DNA from: the human T2T-CHM13v2.0 reference genome, Homo sapiens
DNA: 64,000 nucleotides
Assembly: GCF_009914755.1 (NCBI RefSeq)
Contig: NC_060927.1
Direction: 5' to 3' (one strand)
Position 1 is the stretch's first letter; each line of letters begins with the position of its first letter. Below are positions 1 to 13,151 of the stretch, piece after piece. The notes under the pieces were generated by a model that saw only the letters and a list, made by a program, of their open reading frames with translations, did no database searches and was not told where the DNA came from. The translations under genes were made by a program, and so were the position numbers.

Positions 1-412
1 GTCCCTTGGGGGAGACAAGGAGGATGTTAGAGAGTTATGGTTGGGAAGCTTTGTCAGGGAGAAATTAGCATTTCCCATCGGAGACCATGGGAAGGGCACT
101 CTAGAAAAAAGAGCACAGGAAAAAGTATGGCTCAATACAGGGTCCAGAAATACTCACCTGGAGGAACTATGTGTATTTCCTGCTATAGTAATATAGCATA
201 GTATTTGTAATGAAAAATTGTATTCTAAACCTAAAGATTACTAAGCCAATTGGCTTGTATTAAGAGCCTTAGATATCTACCTAGCTTTGACCTAGTAGTT
301 AAGCATTTAGGAAATAATGAGAGGCAGATAAAAATCTACAAATGTATAAGCAAAAAGAAAAAAAAAGATATTAGAGAAAGGAAGGATTAAAAAGACTAAT
401 TAATCTTAAGAG

Positions 413-702
<290 letters not shown>

Positions 703-1514
703 TCCAAGACTTTTTTGAGGCTTCTGAAAAGCCAATGTTGTTTTCACCCCAACATTTAATCATTCCAATATTCCTCTCTGCAGTGAGGCAGGAGGGAGCA
801 GAGCAGTATAACCATCACTTCTTTTGCATTGTTACAGTAGCAGTAACAATTCAACAAAGTATGTATGTAACTGTTTAATTGTTTAACAATGTAACTGTTT
901 AACAAAGTAACTGTGGAGAGCAATTTTGCACAGCTTATAGAAAACGCCAATGCTAGGTGAGCTGATAGAGCATGCTGTTCAGTTTGCAGCCACTAAGGCT
1001 AATGGAAAACCTTCAGATTCCTTCTTGAAGTGAGAGCATAAAGGAATGGAGGGCATTTGGTTGCCATTTCCGTTGGGAAATTGGACAAGAGGTTCAGTTT
1101 TTCAAAAGTCTCCATTCCATAAAGCAAATCTACATTTTGCATGGCCAGGTTTGAAATAGTATGCCTCTCCCCTCCAGCTGGTGACCCTGGAGACACGCCC
1201 TTCAGGTCAAGTCTCTGTAAAACAGCTTATTCTGGCAACTAGGAAATTGAGCTCACTCTTGAGCTCAGATTATACGAATAACTAATACATGTTTAGCGTT
1301 TTATGGTTAGGAAATGCTGTCCTGAGAAGCTCATCAATAGGTTTATTAGTTATTGGTATCCTTGTTTTATTGATTTACTAAAATTACACAGTTGTTCGGG
1401 CCTGGGAGTTAAATTCTCTTCACCAGATGCCAAATCCTACGTTTTTCTTACCACATCATGGTGCCACAGGTTAAGGAATACAGTGCAGGGTTCTGAATCT
1501 CTCTCCTGTAGGAC

Positions 1515-1677
1515 AGTGCTTCCCAAGCCTGGCTACTTGACAAATCTCCCAAGAGGTGTTGGAAATGCAGATTCCTGGGCCTTGCCCCTAGATTCTGACC
1601 TAGAGTGTTATTAGTAAATCTGTATTTTTAAATAGTTGCCTGGTGGTCTAATATACAGTCAGGATTGACAGCTACTG
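1515..1677. mobile_element. MER5-family (hAT-Charlie) fragment
   Basis: cagtgcttcccaa...aaatgcagattcctgggcc...atctgtatttttaaa...ctactg pattern. Confidence 0.6.
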
Positions 1678-1890
1678 TTTAGTTAAATCAAACACCAATG
1701 CTATAATTTTTAACCGATATCATTTTTAGGGTTTGGTTTCCAAAGTTGGAAATCAGTGTGTTTTAGATCAGTGGTTTCCTGTCTTCTAAAACCTACCTTA
1801 CCTTTAAAGAATCTGTTGAAATCTGTGGATCTTTCCCTAAGAAACACACAAACACACACATACACACTTTTATATATAATTCTAGAGGGC

Positions 1891-2373
1891 TATATTAGTT
1901 TCCTGCTTCTGCTATAACAAATGGTCACAAGCATAGCGGCTTAAAACAACAACATTTATTATCTTACAGTTCTGGATGTCAGAAGTGGGACAGGAGTCTC
2001 ACTGGATTAAACTCAAGGTGTTGCCTTTCTGGAGGCTCTAGGAGATAATCCATTTTATTGTCTCTTCCATCTTCTAGAAGCTGCCTGTATTACTTGGCTC
2101 ATGGGTCCCTTCTTTTATCTCCAAAGCCAACAATGTGGCATCTCTCTGACCCCACTTCCACTTCACATCTCTTTCTCGTGCTACAGCCAAGGAAAGGTTC
2201 TCTGCTTTTAAGGATTCACATAATTAGACTGTGCCCAGCCAGATAATCCTGGAAAATCTTTCCATCTCAAGACCCTTAACCTTAATCACATTTGCAGTCC
2301 TTTTTTGCCATATAAGGTGACATATTCACAGGTTCCAGGGATTAGGAGGGGGACTATTAGTCTACCAACCACA
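1891..2373 (-). mobile_element. MaLR LTR (MLT1C-like)
   Basis: tatattagtttcct...ggcttaaaacaac...tcttacagttctgga...ttctggaggctctagggagataatcc...ttcacaggttccagggattagg...accaca. Confidence 0.8.
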
Positions 2374-2469
2374 GGGGATCTTAGGACCTCTGAAGCAACA
2401 TGGAAAATGAGTGAACTCTAGGTTAGGAGCATCTGTTCTAGATTCCATTCATTCTAGATGTTAAATCAA

Positions 2470-2970
2470 CAAGAAATTCTGCTTGCCTACAAATAACAGA
2501 ATCCCTAAAAGCAGTGGCTCTTATAAATTAGGTGTTTACTTTTTTTCAGGTAGTAAGAAGTCCCCAGGAAGGCATCCCATGTCAGGTGCAGCAGTTCTAG
2601 CATGTGACAGCTGAAGTCTCTGCAATTCTCCTGGCCTTTCCTTTGAGGTGGCCCTCAAAACAGCTGCTGCATCTCCAGCCATGACCTCTGTGCTTCATGC
2701 AAGAGGGGCAAGGGCACAGGACAAAAGCCATAAGTCAGCTGAGTTGCCTCTCCTTTAAGAAACCTCCTGAGAAGCCTACCACCCAAATAACATGCTCATA
2801 TCTCATTGGCCAGACACTGCACATGGCCACTCTGTCTGCAAAAGAGACTGGGAAACATAGTTTTATTTATTTTTAAAGCTAGGCATATTAACACTCCACT
2901 AACTCTGGGCTTTGTTAGTAAGGAAAATGGGAAGTATAAATATTGGGAAGATACTAGTGCTCTCTACCAC
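2470..2970 (-). mobile_element. Old MaLR LTR (MLT1J/K-like)
   Basis: aataacagaa...cagtggct..., catatctcattggccaga...cacatggccac...gactgggaaa motifs. Confidence 0.6.
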
Positions 2971-2983
2971 AGATGAAAACTTC

Positions 2984-3346
<363 letters not shown>

Positions 3347-3443
3347 TCACTCTCACACAACCAAAACATGAAGAAAGTTAAAAGTCTCCTTCAAAATCTC
3401 CCCCATAGTGCCTCATCCTCTTACTAAGCTTGCTTTTCTTTAA

Positions 3444-4083
<640 letters not shown>

Positions 4084-4087
4084 AGTT

Positions 4088-4680
4088 CATTCTTTCAACA
4101 ATGTTTAAGCATCTACCTAAGCCTGGCACTGAGCTGGGCCTTGGGGGCTACAAAGATATCTAAGACTTTTTTCTCCTTAGAGAGCTATACCGTCTATGGA
4201 GAGGGACAGAGAGCCCCCAAAATGATGAACATGTTCTAAGTGTTGAGATAGAGGCATGTGAACACTCTTTGGCAGCCCAGAAAAGAAAGGGGAAGAGGAA
4301 ATGGCACAGAAAGGGTGAGGCAAGAACTGGCCTGGAAGTCTAGGATGGATAGGATTTTGCCAGTTGAAGAGGGGTAGGCACATTTCAGGAAGAAAGAACA
4401 GCGTTGGAGAAGGCACAGATGTGTGTGAAAACCCCTGTTGGACACGTTCAGGGGACAGCTAGAAGTTGTGTGTGGATACATTGTAGGGTTTGTGGGAAGT
4501 GAGTCAGGAAAGGGGCATAAAATGGGGCTGGAAAGAGAGATGGAGCCTCCATGTGAAGTTATGCTAAGGAGATCGGGCTCCATCCTATAGGCAGGAGTAG
4601 GTGGTGGGGGGCAACGGGAAGTTTTCAACCATTATCCAAACTCTGTTGTAGAATTAAAAAGTGGAAAGAAGAGAACACAG
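4088..4680 (-). mobile_element. L2 3' fragment
   Basis: cattctttcaacaa...agcatctac...cctggcactg...ctggg followed by purine-rich L2 body. Confidence 0.6.
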
Positions 4681-4750
4681 GCAGGGAAACCATAATAGTG
4701 TGGTCAGACTTCAACATGATAGCAGTCAATTCAGTAGGAATCTTGAATTT

Positions 4751-4994
4751 GAGTAGTCAAGTTCATAGAGACAGAAGGTAGGAAGGTGGTTGCCAGAGGC
4801 TGGGGGTGGGGATGGGGGTAGGGTTAGGGGGAAAGAGGAGTTATTGTTTAGGGTATAAAGTTTGTTTTCCAAGATGAAGAGTTGTGGAGATGGATGGTGG
4901 TGAAGGTTGCATAACATGCATATACTTAATCCCCCGAACTGCACAGTTACAAATGGTTAAGATGGTAAACTTTCTGTTATGCATATTTACAATT
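4751..4994 (+). mobile_element. L1M (L1MB-like) 3' UTR fragment
   Basis: tagtcaagttcatagagacagaaggtag...ggttgccagaggctgggg...gagatggatggtggtgaaggttgc...aatggttaagatggtaaa. Confidence 0.8.
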
Positions 4995-5018
4995 ACACAC
5001 ACACACACACACACACAC
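4995..5018. repeat. (AC)12 microsatellite
   Basis: Direct read. Confidence 0.95.
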
Positions 5019-5029
5019 CCTTCAGTGCA

Positions 5030-5168
5030 CGCAAACCCTGCTGGACTCCAACCTTCAGAGCTTCCGATTTAGCAGGGCTGAGTGGGACCTGAGGATTTGC
5101 ATTTTCTGACAAGTTCCCAGATGACGTTGATGCTGCTGGTCCGGAGACCACACTTCGGGAATCACTGG
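5030..5168. mobile_element. MER5A (hAT-Charlie)
   Basis: gatttgcattttctgacaagttcccagatgacgttgatgctgctggtccggagaccacactt...cactg. Confidence 0.8.
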
Positions 5169-5570
5169 TGTACGAGACCAAGTGACTAGAATATGGAGGG
5201 GTGCTCTGCTCGCTTCCACGTGGCTACTATTGTTATGAACAACAACAGCCGGCGTTTACTGAGCACTGCTCCTACAGCTTATCTCACAACTGGGTGAAGG
5301 AGCAGAGGATGCGCAGGGCTAGAACCTGGAGTCTAAACTCGTCCTTCACCCGGGTTGCTCTGGATCTTACTGGTTGTGAGACAGGGAGGGAAAGAGAGAC
5401 AAAGGCAGGGAGACAGGCCCAGCAGGGCCGGCAGAGCCTGTAGTGACGGAGGGGAGCAGCCTTATCTCCGGGAACCCGAGCGCCCCGTGCGCGGCGGGGA
5501 GGGGGCAGTTCGGGGCGCCCCGGCGGGTCCCAGGGGCTGACTCCCGCCCGGGAAGTGCGCGCAGGGCTCA

Positions 5571-5589
5571 CGGCCCGCAGGGGGCGCTG
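5571..5589 (+). promoter_or_regulatory. Candidate CTCF site
   Basis: CGGCCCGCAGGGGGCGCTG vs consensus TGGCCACCAGGGGGCGCTA. Confidence 0.55.
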
Positions 5590-5915
5590 CCGCGCCGTCC
5601 AGCCGCCGCCGCCCGGGCCGCCCACCTCGCGGGCGCGCCCCTCCGCAGACCAGCGCCGCCCGGCCCGGGACCCGCTCGCGCAGACTTCTCGGGCGGACTG
5701 AGGACGCCGCCGCTCGGGGCCGCCCCTGTGCTCGCCTTCAGCGCCCGCTCAGCCCGCCGTCCGCGCCCCGGTGGCGGGCCCGACGCCCGCATTCCGCCCG
5801 TGTCCAGGCGCAGAGCTCCCGCCCCGGGGAGCTTCCTGGCCGTCGGCGGGCCCCGCGGCCCGCGCGCTCGGCGCCCTGCTCGCCGGGCAGAGGGGAAGGC
5901 GGCGGCCGGCTGGGG

Positions 5916-6100
5916 ATGGGCGGCCCGGCTGCGCCGAGGGGCGCCGGGAGGCTCCGCGCGCTGCTGCTGGCGCTGGTGGTCGCGGGGATCCCCGCGGGCG
6001 CCTACAACCTCGACCCGCAGCGCCCCGTGCACTTCCAGGGCCCCGCTGACTCGTTCTTCGGCTACGCAGTTCTGGAGCATTTCCACGACAACACGCGCTG
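5916..6100 (+). CDS. ITGA9: ITGA9 exon 1 coding part (signal peptide, mature N-terminus YNLD, start of FG-GAP 1)
   Basis: ATG in GGGATGG context; ORF-track 5916..6104 peptide; donor CTG|GTGAGT at 6100/6101 (phase 2). Confidence 0.98.
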
Positions 6101-9100
6101 GTGAGTGCCCGCCCGACTCCGCGACCCTGGCCCGCGCGGCCACCGCCCCGGCCCCCAGGCCAGCGCCGCCGCCGCCTTTCCGGTCTCTTCCACGCCGCCG
6201 TCCCGAGGGGGCGATTTAAATGTCTCCGTTGCGCGCGGCTCGGCCGCCGGGGGACGGCGGGAGAAGGGAGGACGCCGTCCGGGGCCCGCTAAGGTCGGGG
6301 TCGGCGCCTGGAGGCGGGCGGGGGCGTCCGGGTGCCTCCCTGGGGTCCCAGCCCAGAGCGTGGGGGGAGAGCCGCTAGAGTTGTCTCCTCCGCCGCCCAG
6401 CTAGACTCGGCTTCACTCTCTGAATCGAAAAGTAACTTGGCTCCTCTGCCTCCGGGCGGCCGCCGCTGGCCCGGCGAGCCTCCTGAACCTCGCAGGGCCT
6501 GGAGGAGTCGGGGCACTGGAGCTGCACCCCTCCCCGGTTTTGGGGAACCCCTGAGGAAGGAGTATAGCCTCTCCAGCGCCGCTGCGCGGGGTGGGGCTCC
6601 CCAGGGGCAGGGTGTCTGGGATCCACTGGGGCGCACTGGAGCCCAGAGCCCCGGCGCCCTGCCCCCCCCAGCTCCTACAAGACCCTGGGTGGAAGTGGAG
6701 CGGAGAAGCTCCTAGGATATAGGGAAGAGGAAGGTGAGGGAGCACTTCCCAGTGACACCGCCGGTGGGGCAGGTAGTTATCTCTTGGGAGAGCCTGAGTC
6801 TCATCTCATATGGGCCATTCGACCCGGAGACCTTCACCAGAAGCCTTAAGAGAGAGACGTGTTTCTATAGTGGCCAAGGGGTCCAGTTGTCCCCTGAGTC
6901 CGGAGGGGTGGGCCTAAGAAGGGGGCAGCTCTCCCCCATTAAGCACCATAAGCCGAGTGGTACAGAGCTTGTGCCCAACCCCAGCAGAGAAGCACTAAGG
7001 GGGGGTTGGTGCCCTCCTTGGCCACATCCTCTGGACCAGAGGGTATAAACAGCCACACAGTGGTCACTTCTTGATAGGAGAGAGAGTTAGGCTGCGGGAA
7101 GTTCCCCCGTTCAAGGTCGTGCCTCATGGGGGCCCAGGTGACAGCCAGGCCGGGGTTGATTTTATTGTGTATTCACCAGCCTGAGCGTCCTTAGGGGTGG
7201 CAGGCAGGGAGGTCGAGGTCACTGATGCTGGTGCTCTCAGCATGTAGTTATGCAGGAGAGTCACTGCTCTGTATTGGACAGAGGCTGATGGAAAAGGGTG
7301 GTTTGTGGATCGCAGTACTCAAGCATTCCTGGAAAAGGGGACTCTGAGACCAGCCCACTAAGAATCATGCTGTTCAGGAGATCAGCCTTCAAGAGAACCA
7401 GTTTTCAAAGCCCTCACATAGCTCTCGCCCAGCTCCACATCTCCCTCTCTCACTTACTCCAGTTGCTGGGTATAAGACCGAGTGTGTCTGTTCTTAACAC
7501 TTGTCAAATTCCCCTTTTAAAGCGGAGCAGGCTGAACATTTTTCTGTGTCCTGCAGACTCAGGGTCTGAGGTTGAAGAACACATCCCAGATCCCCACACT
7601 AGGCACCAGGCACGCGGGAAGCACTGTCAAAAATGGGAGGGCTGCTGTGGACAGCGGGCTGCTGAGAAAGGGCGGGCAGCTGAGCAGGCAGCCAAGCCAG
7701 CCGGAGCATTGTGTGTGATCTGCAGGCTGAGGCTGGCTCAACTGCCTTGGAGCTCTTTGACAGCTAGAGGGAGAGAGGCCAGGCCACTGTCACTGTGGAT
7801 TTGCATGGGCCACAGGTCAAAGCCACACTGCCTGGGAAAGGAATGGGTAGAGACGAGAGCAGATCTGACAGAGAAAAGGTGTTCAGCCTACTTTGATTTA
7901 AAACGGGGATGAAGAAAAGCTGTGTGACATGAGCAGATTTGGCCAGTGTGGGAAAAGACAGTCTGGCCTTCAGCTTGGTACCCAGGGTAAATGGTAGGGA
8001 GTGGGTGTGGAGCAGTAATGCTGTGCATATTCTTGTTGCCAGTTGAGATGTGGGACTGGTATTTCAGGGGTCCATGGGAACCCATGTGTCTGGGCTGCTG
8101 AGCTCAAAAGTGCCCTCTCTTGTTCTGATACAAGCTGGCTACTCTTTGTATTGGAGTGCTTGTCCCCATAGCTGTTCAGGCACCAACTTAACTCTACTGA
8201 AATCTTTTTAAAATAATGCTTCTTTTTCCTCCCTCACCCACCATATTGACTTAATTTTTTCTTAGATTGTGTTCTCCCCTTGATTTCTGTTCTCATGCTG
8301 TTGTTTTCAAGTATTTTCCTCCCCATCCTTTTTTCTCTTTCCCTTTTTCCCAGTATTCTTTGTCTTAGACCTTGAATGTATTTTTTGCTGTATGTATGCT
8401 TGAATGTGTTTTTTACCCAGGCTTGGTAAACTATGGCCTTTGGAGCAAGTGACTTCCAACATCTTCTTTCTCCTTTTTCTTTCCTCTAGAGGCTAGACTT
8501 ATTGTGCAAGGCTGCTGAAACTTAAGCCAAAGGATTCTTGCTTGCATAGGCCCCTATTAATGCCTTGTCCCCAATTTTATAATTTTATGTTAATTTTCTT
8601 AAAGTTAGTCACCCTAAATTTGTAAGATCAGGTCCTGTGAATTCTGGATCTGTCCTAAGTCTGTACCTTAACTTCAACTGTGGGGTTGGTTGATTGACTT
8701 GGTAACTGATTGTTGGTCGCTTACTCCTAAGCAGTACCTGAGCCCTGGATCTTCTAGTCCTGCTTGAGGGACATGTCAGTCATTTTCAATTATTCGTGAT
8801 TGCAAACAGCAGCAGGGGTAAACAACCTTTAACGAAACCCTTGAGGACAATCTTAATTATTTCCTTTGAATAAATTCCTGGGCTTAGAATTGCTGGGTCA
8901 GAGAGGATGGAAGCTTCAAGGCATTCTTTATGTATTACCAAAGTGCCAGTGAAGTGTGTGTACTTTAGAAAAATACATTAATTTATTCAGACACTGGAGG
9001 CTTGGGAGTAGTTTTGCAAAGGGCTGCTCTAGTGCACTGAAAGAGTATAGAACCTACATGGGGGTGACTTAAAAGGATCACAAATACTCGTCAAAATGAG

Positions 9101-10360
9101 TGAGGAAGGTAAAATATAGACATGAAAGGGAAAAGCAGTATAGCAAAACTTTGAAAGGAAAAGAAGACATGTTAATTAAGCCTTGTATCTTACGTCTCTC
9201 TTCTCGAAGAAATTATTCTTTGTTACTTAATTCAATATTTTGCAGTCTAAGATATTTGCTTCATGCTAATTAACTACCTGTTTTACAGGTGAAAAGATGT
9301 GTTGTCTCTAGGGAAAGGGAGGGAGAAGAATGTGCTGGAAGTGGTAGGGGGAGAGCACAGACCCCAAAGTCAGCACGGACTCTGCAGGCGGCAGAGTAGA
9401 GCGTTCCCATGTTGAGGGACCTGCGGGTGTACATCTCAAAGCATGTGAATGTGCTCTGTTGGTGGAACTAGCACTTCTCTAATCCCATAACTGAGCATTT
9501 CTCTCAATTATTTTGTAGACCAAAATTGTCACTAATCGGAGGATCCTAGATCCCTGTGTAAGTGTGGGGGTGATCTTGCTTTTCCCAGCCCTGGTGACTG
9601 AACCCAGCTCTGTAGCCATATCACACTGAGCACAGAGCCCCAGACCCAGCTTCTCTCAGAGTACTTGCTTGAGTGGTCCCGCTGTCACTGTGCTCTGGGC
9701 AGTGAGAACTGTCCCCATGGCTAGATGGACCAGAATATCCTGGACAATGTTCCAGATGACGTTTGTATCAGCTAGGATACAAACATGCAAGGGACTCAAT
9801 TTTCTTTTTTTCTAATAACACCCAGAGTGTCTGCCTGCCCAGAGCCAGCTTCCTCTCCTATAGCTCCCACTCCCTGAGTCTTCTGGCGTCCTTTGAACAA
9901 CAACAGTAAGTGCCAGGGAACATGGACAAAGCCGATTTCTGTCCCCTTCCTTTAGACATGGACCGGTTACTCAGCTGCAGGGCTGACAACTGTAACACCC
10001 TGTGATATAAATAAATGCTGCCTGGCTGGCGTGCAGCCTCCAGAGCGGACGTCTTTCACACCCCACCCCGTCCCCTCCTCCTTCTCTGCCCCAGACGCCC
10101 TGGAGTCCAAAGTGGTTGGGTGCACTGGCTTCCTTTCTGGAGACGTGCTTCCTGCTCCCTCTCCTGGGACACATCAAGACGGCTGTGCTTAGGCACAGAG
10201 CGAGTGCTCGGAAATGGAAGATGTGCTGGGCTTTTTGCTTTGTTAAAGTTGTCAGAGCGTTGTTCAGTGAGGAATAGGAGGCAATTCCAAGCCAAGGAGA
10301 ACATATCCTTGATTTGCATGAAGGTTGAGAATTAAAAGAACAAGCTAGATAGTTCTGGTG

Positions 10361-10556
10361 AGCTGTCTGATGTAGTCACCACTAGCCAGATATATTGGTA
10401 TGTAAATTAACTAAAAATAAAATTTAAAATGCAGCTTCTCAGTTGCACTTGCCACATTTCAAGTACTCAGTAGCCACATGGGGCTAGTAGCTACTGCATT
10501 GGACACAACACAGAGAGAACATTTTCATCATCACGGAAAGTTCTACTGGGCAGTGT
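10361..10556. mobile_element. MER3-like (hAT-Charlie)
   Basis: gccacatttcaagtactcagtagccacatggggctagtagctac...gaacattttcatcatcacggaaagttctactgggcag. Confidence 0.75.
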
Positions 10557-11827
10557 GGGTTTAGAGCAATGATGTAAGTCTTAAAGGGCTAGACAAGGAT
10601 CAAAAGGAGAGGTAAGAAAAAGAAAAAGAAAAAAAATCAACCCATAGCATATGTGAGTACTAAAACCGAAACGGGTGCTTACATCTAACTAAAAATTATT
10701 GCCTGCTGAAGAGGTTGAATTGTCTTTCTACTCATAAAACACCGCAGGGCCTGATCTATATTTAGGGCTGGGGGTTCAACAATGAAAACTTTTTGCTCAC
10801 AATCTGACAGGTGAGAAAATTGTGGGGTTCTAGTTGTGTGTCTCAAATGAAATTTAAGATCTAGGCTCTGATGGGGGAGAGGCTTGTCCTCAGGCAGGCA
10901 TGAGTTGTTCAGAGGGGCAGAAGAGAAACTCCTGTGAAGGGAAAACATTTAGAAGGGGAGCCCTGGGATCATAGGACCTGCTGCCCCTGGCCCTGCCCGT
11001 CTTGCTGAGGAAACACCCAGAAATGGTGGTGGGAGCCCTGCCTTCTCATAACCTCAGTGGTGAGCATCTTTGCAGAGTTCCTCTGTCCTGTGCCAGACTC
11101 TAGGGGAAGGTGTAGGTCCGCTTCCTCATTTGAATTTTTCTAGGGAAATGGCATTTTCAGACATTGTTCCTGGTCCTCACTCACCCTACAGAGCCTGCTT
11201 TCTCAAGCTCTCAAGAAGGAACAACACATATATGAGGCCTGAGTTCCAAGGGGATCCAAAAAGCATCTTCTCGGGGTTTCTGGGAAATTTCTCTGAAGAT
11301 CTGGAGAAGCTGGCAAGGGTGCTGTTTTCTGAGCTAGTGCTGAATGCTGGCTGGGGGCAGAGACAGCTGTCTTGCCCAGTGGAGAACCTTCCAGGGCAAG
11401 AAGACAGTCTTGTCTCAACCAGTCATTAACGGCCCTGAGTGTGAGAGTGTGAAGGGCCGGGCCCCAGCCAGCTCTGATTCCCTGGTGACATGCTGCTGTT
11501 CAGGAAATGGTCTCCTGATAACTTCTATTGTGATTTGTTCAGGGAAAATGTTGTTTTTACATTTGTTAAAAGCAGCCATGGTGTTCTCTGAAATTCCTTG
11601 CTTTCAAGGGGTTGCATGGAATTTTAACAACCAAAATGAATTTCGTCAGATAGTATCTACAAGAAGTCAGATGCTTTCACAGGCATAATATTCTTTAGTT
11701 GAGTCTTTGTAACATCCTGGTGAGTGGTTTCCAGTTTGCTATTTGGGGAACTGAGGCTTACAGAGTTACACGCCTTGTTCAAGGCCCACCCCAGCCTGAG
11801 AGATCAATGCACATTCACTGGGGGCTT

Positions 11828-12200
11828 GTGTCAGTTTGCATCCTTTAGGAAGCAGATGCTAGGACAGAGATAGGAGTGTGAGAGAATTGTTGGGGGCGGG
11901 TATTGCCTGTGAAAGACAAATGGGGAAGTTGGATGGGACAGAGAGAGCCTCTGACTCTATGCAGATCTGATTAAAGTCTCAGTCAACTCAACAGAGATCA
12001 CTGGGCAGAAATAGCTGTCCTCTGCCAGGGTCAGGTATTGGCTGGAGCTGTCTGGGAAGAGCACAGCCTCAGCTGGAATCCTGCAGCAGATCCCAAGAAA
12101 GCTGCAGCTGGAGGCTGTCAGCTGACATTCCGCCTTGCAGCTGAACAGCATGAAGTGACCCACACCTCTGTGGCTGCCCTGGAGCCTGCCACGCGTGAAT
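11828..12200. mobile_element. ERVL LTR (LTR16-like)
   Basis: ggaagcagatgctaggacagagataggagtgtgagagaatt...cctgtgaaag...gcagatctga..aaagtctcag motifs. Confidence 0.55.
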
Positions 12201-12795
12201 CACTGTGTTGGGAGGGTGTGAGATGTGCTCCTTGGCCTGCAGTGTGGCTGGGGATCATCTTTGCTCATACCTCTGTAATCAGTGTGTGGAGCGTCAGGAC
12301 TGACAGTAGGGCCATTGGGACTGGCCCAGAAACAGAATCCTGAGCAATCTTGCCACCAGCTGACTCACAAGGTGCCTCTTTCTGATGTCAGAGAAGTCAC
12401 AGGTGATGGATTTCAGAAGAAAGGAGCTCTGCTTTACGCTGAGCCACCGAGTTCTCTGAACTGCAAATCCTTTTAGCCAAGTGGATTTGGCGATCAACCA
12501 AAGCAGAATAAAATGTTTTATCCCAACCTTCCTTTTTGCCAGAAGGAGTCCTAGGAAGCCGATGTAAGTCCAAGATTGGGAAAAATCTACAGTCTTTGAA
12601 ACCACGGGCTCACTTGGTCCACCAATGTCTGTTCTGACCAAAAAGGACTTCTGTGTTGAGTTTAAATTAGCAACAGTAGCAACAATAACACCAAAAGCAG
12701 CAACAATGTATCTGAATATTCAGTAGATGTCAAGTGCTATCTACATTGGTACTCATACCAGCTCATTTAATGTTCCCAACAGTCCTTTCAGCTGG

Positions 12796-13151
12796 TAGCC
12801 ATTTGGGCTGCCATAACAAACTGTTATAGGTTGGGTTGCTTATAAATGACAGAATTTATTTCTCACAGATCTAGAGCCTTGGAAGTCCAAGATCAGGGCC
12901 CCAGCAGATTTGCTGTCTGGTAAGCACCTGTTTCTTGGTTCATAGATAGTGGTGTTCTCACTCTAAGCTCACACAGTGAAAGGGATGAGGGAGCTCTCTG
13001 GGGCCACATTTATAAGGGCACTAACTCATTCATAGGTTATATCCTCATGACCTAATCACCTCCCAAAGTCCCCACCTCCAAATAACATTACCTTGGGGTG
13101 AAGATTTCAACATATACATTTTGAGGGAACACAAGCATTCAGTCTGTAGCA
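12796..13151 (-). mobile_element. MaLR LTR (MLT1A-like) inserted in a MIR
   Basis: gggctgccataacaaa...tttatttctcacag...gaagtccaagatc...tataagggcactaa...cctcatgacctaatcacctcccaaag...cattcagtctgtagca; GCTGG TSD at 12791-12795 and 13152-13156. Confidence 0.85.

Larger units (their letters stand above)
5440..6680. promoter_or_regulatory. CpG-island promoter of ITGA9 spanning 5'UTR, exon 1 and start of intron 1
   Basis: Very high GC and CpG density versus CpG-poor flanks; multiple GGGCGG/CCGCCC boxes; ETS-like CGGGAAGTG (~5549-5557); NotI site GCGGCCGC 6456-6463; no ATG between ~5450 and 5916. Exact TSS not determinable from sequence. Confidence 0.92.

Noticed and set aside
5916-6104. 62-aa ORF as a stand-alone microprotein
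   Set aside because: It is exon 1 read into the donor GTGAGT, whose TGA supplies the stop.
5443-6219. 258-aa + ORF, 191-aa antisense ORF (5568-6143) and other ORFs over the CpG island
   Set aside because: Non-ATG or weak starts, Ala/Arg/Pro/Gly-rich, expected from stop-codon scarcity in very GC-rich DNA; the true frame is the ITGA9 signal-peptide frame.
7044-7049. TATAAA ~950 bp into intron 1
   Set aside because: Isolated hexamer with no supporting initiator, exon or ORF.
7298-7912. 204-aa intronic ORF
   Set aside because: GTG start, no recognisable domain, no convincing splice signals or coding-like composition.
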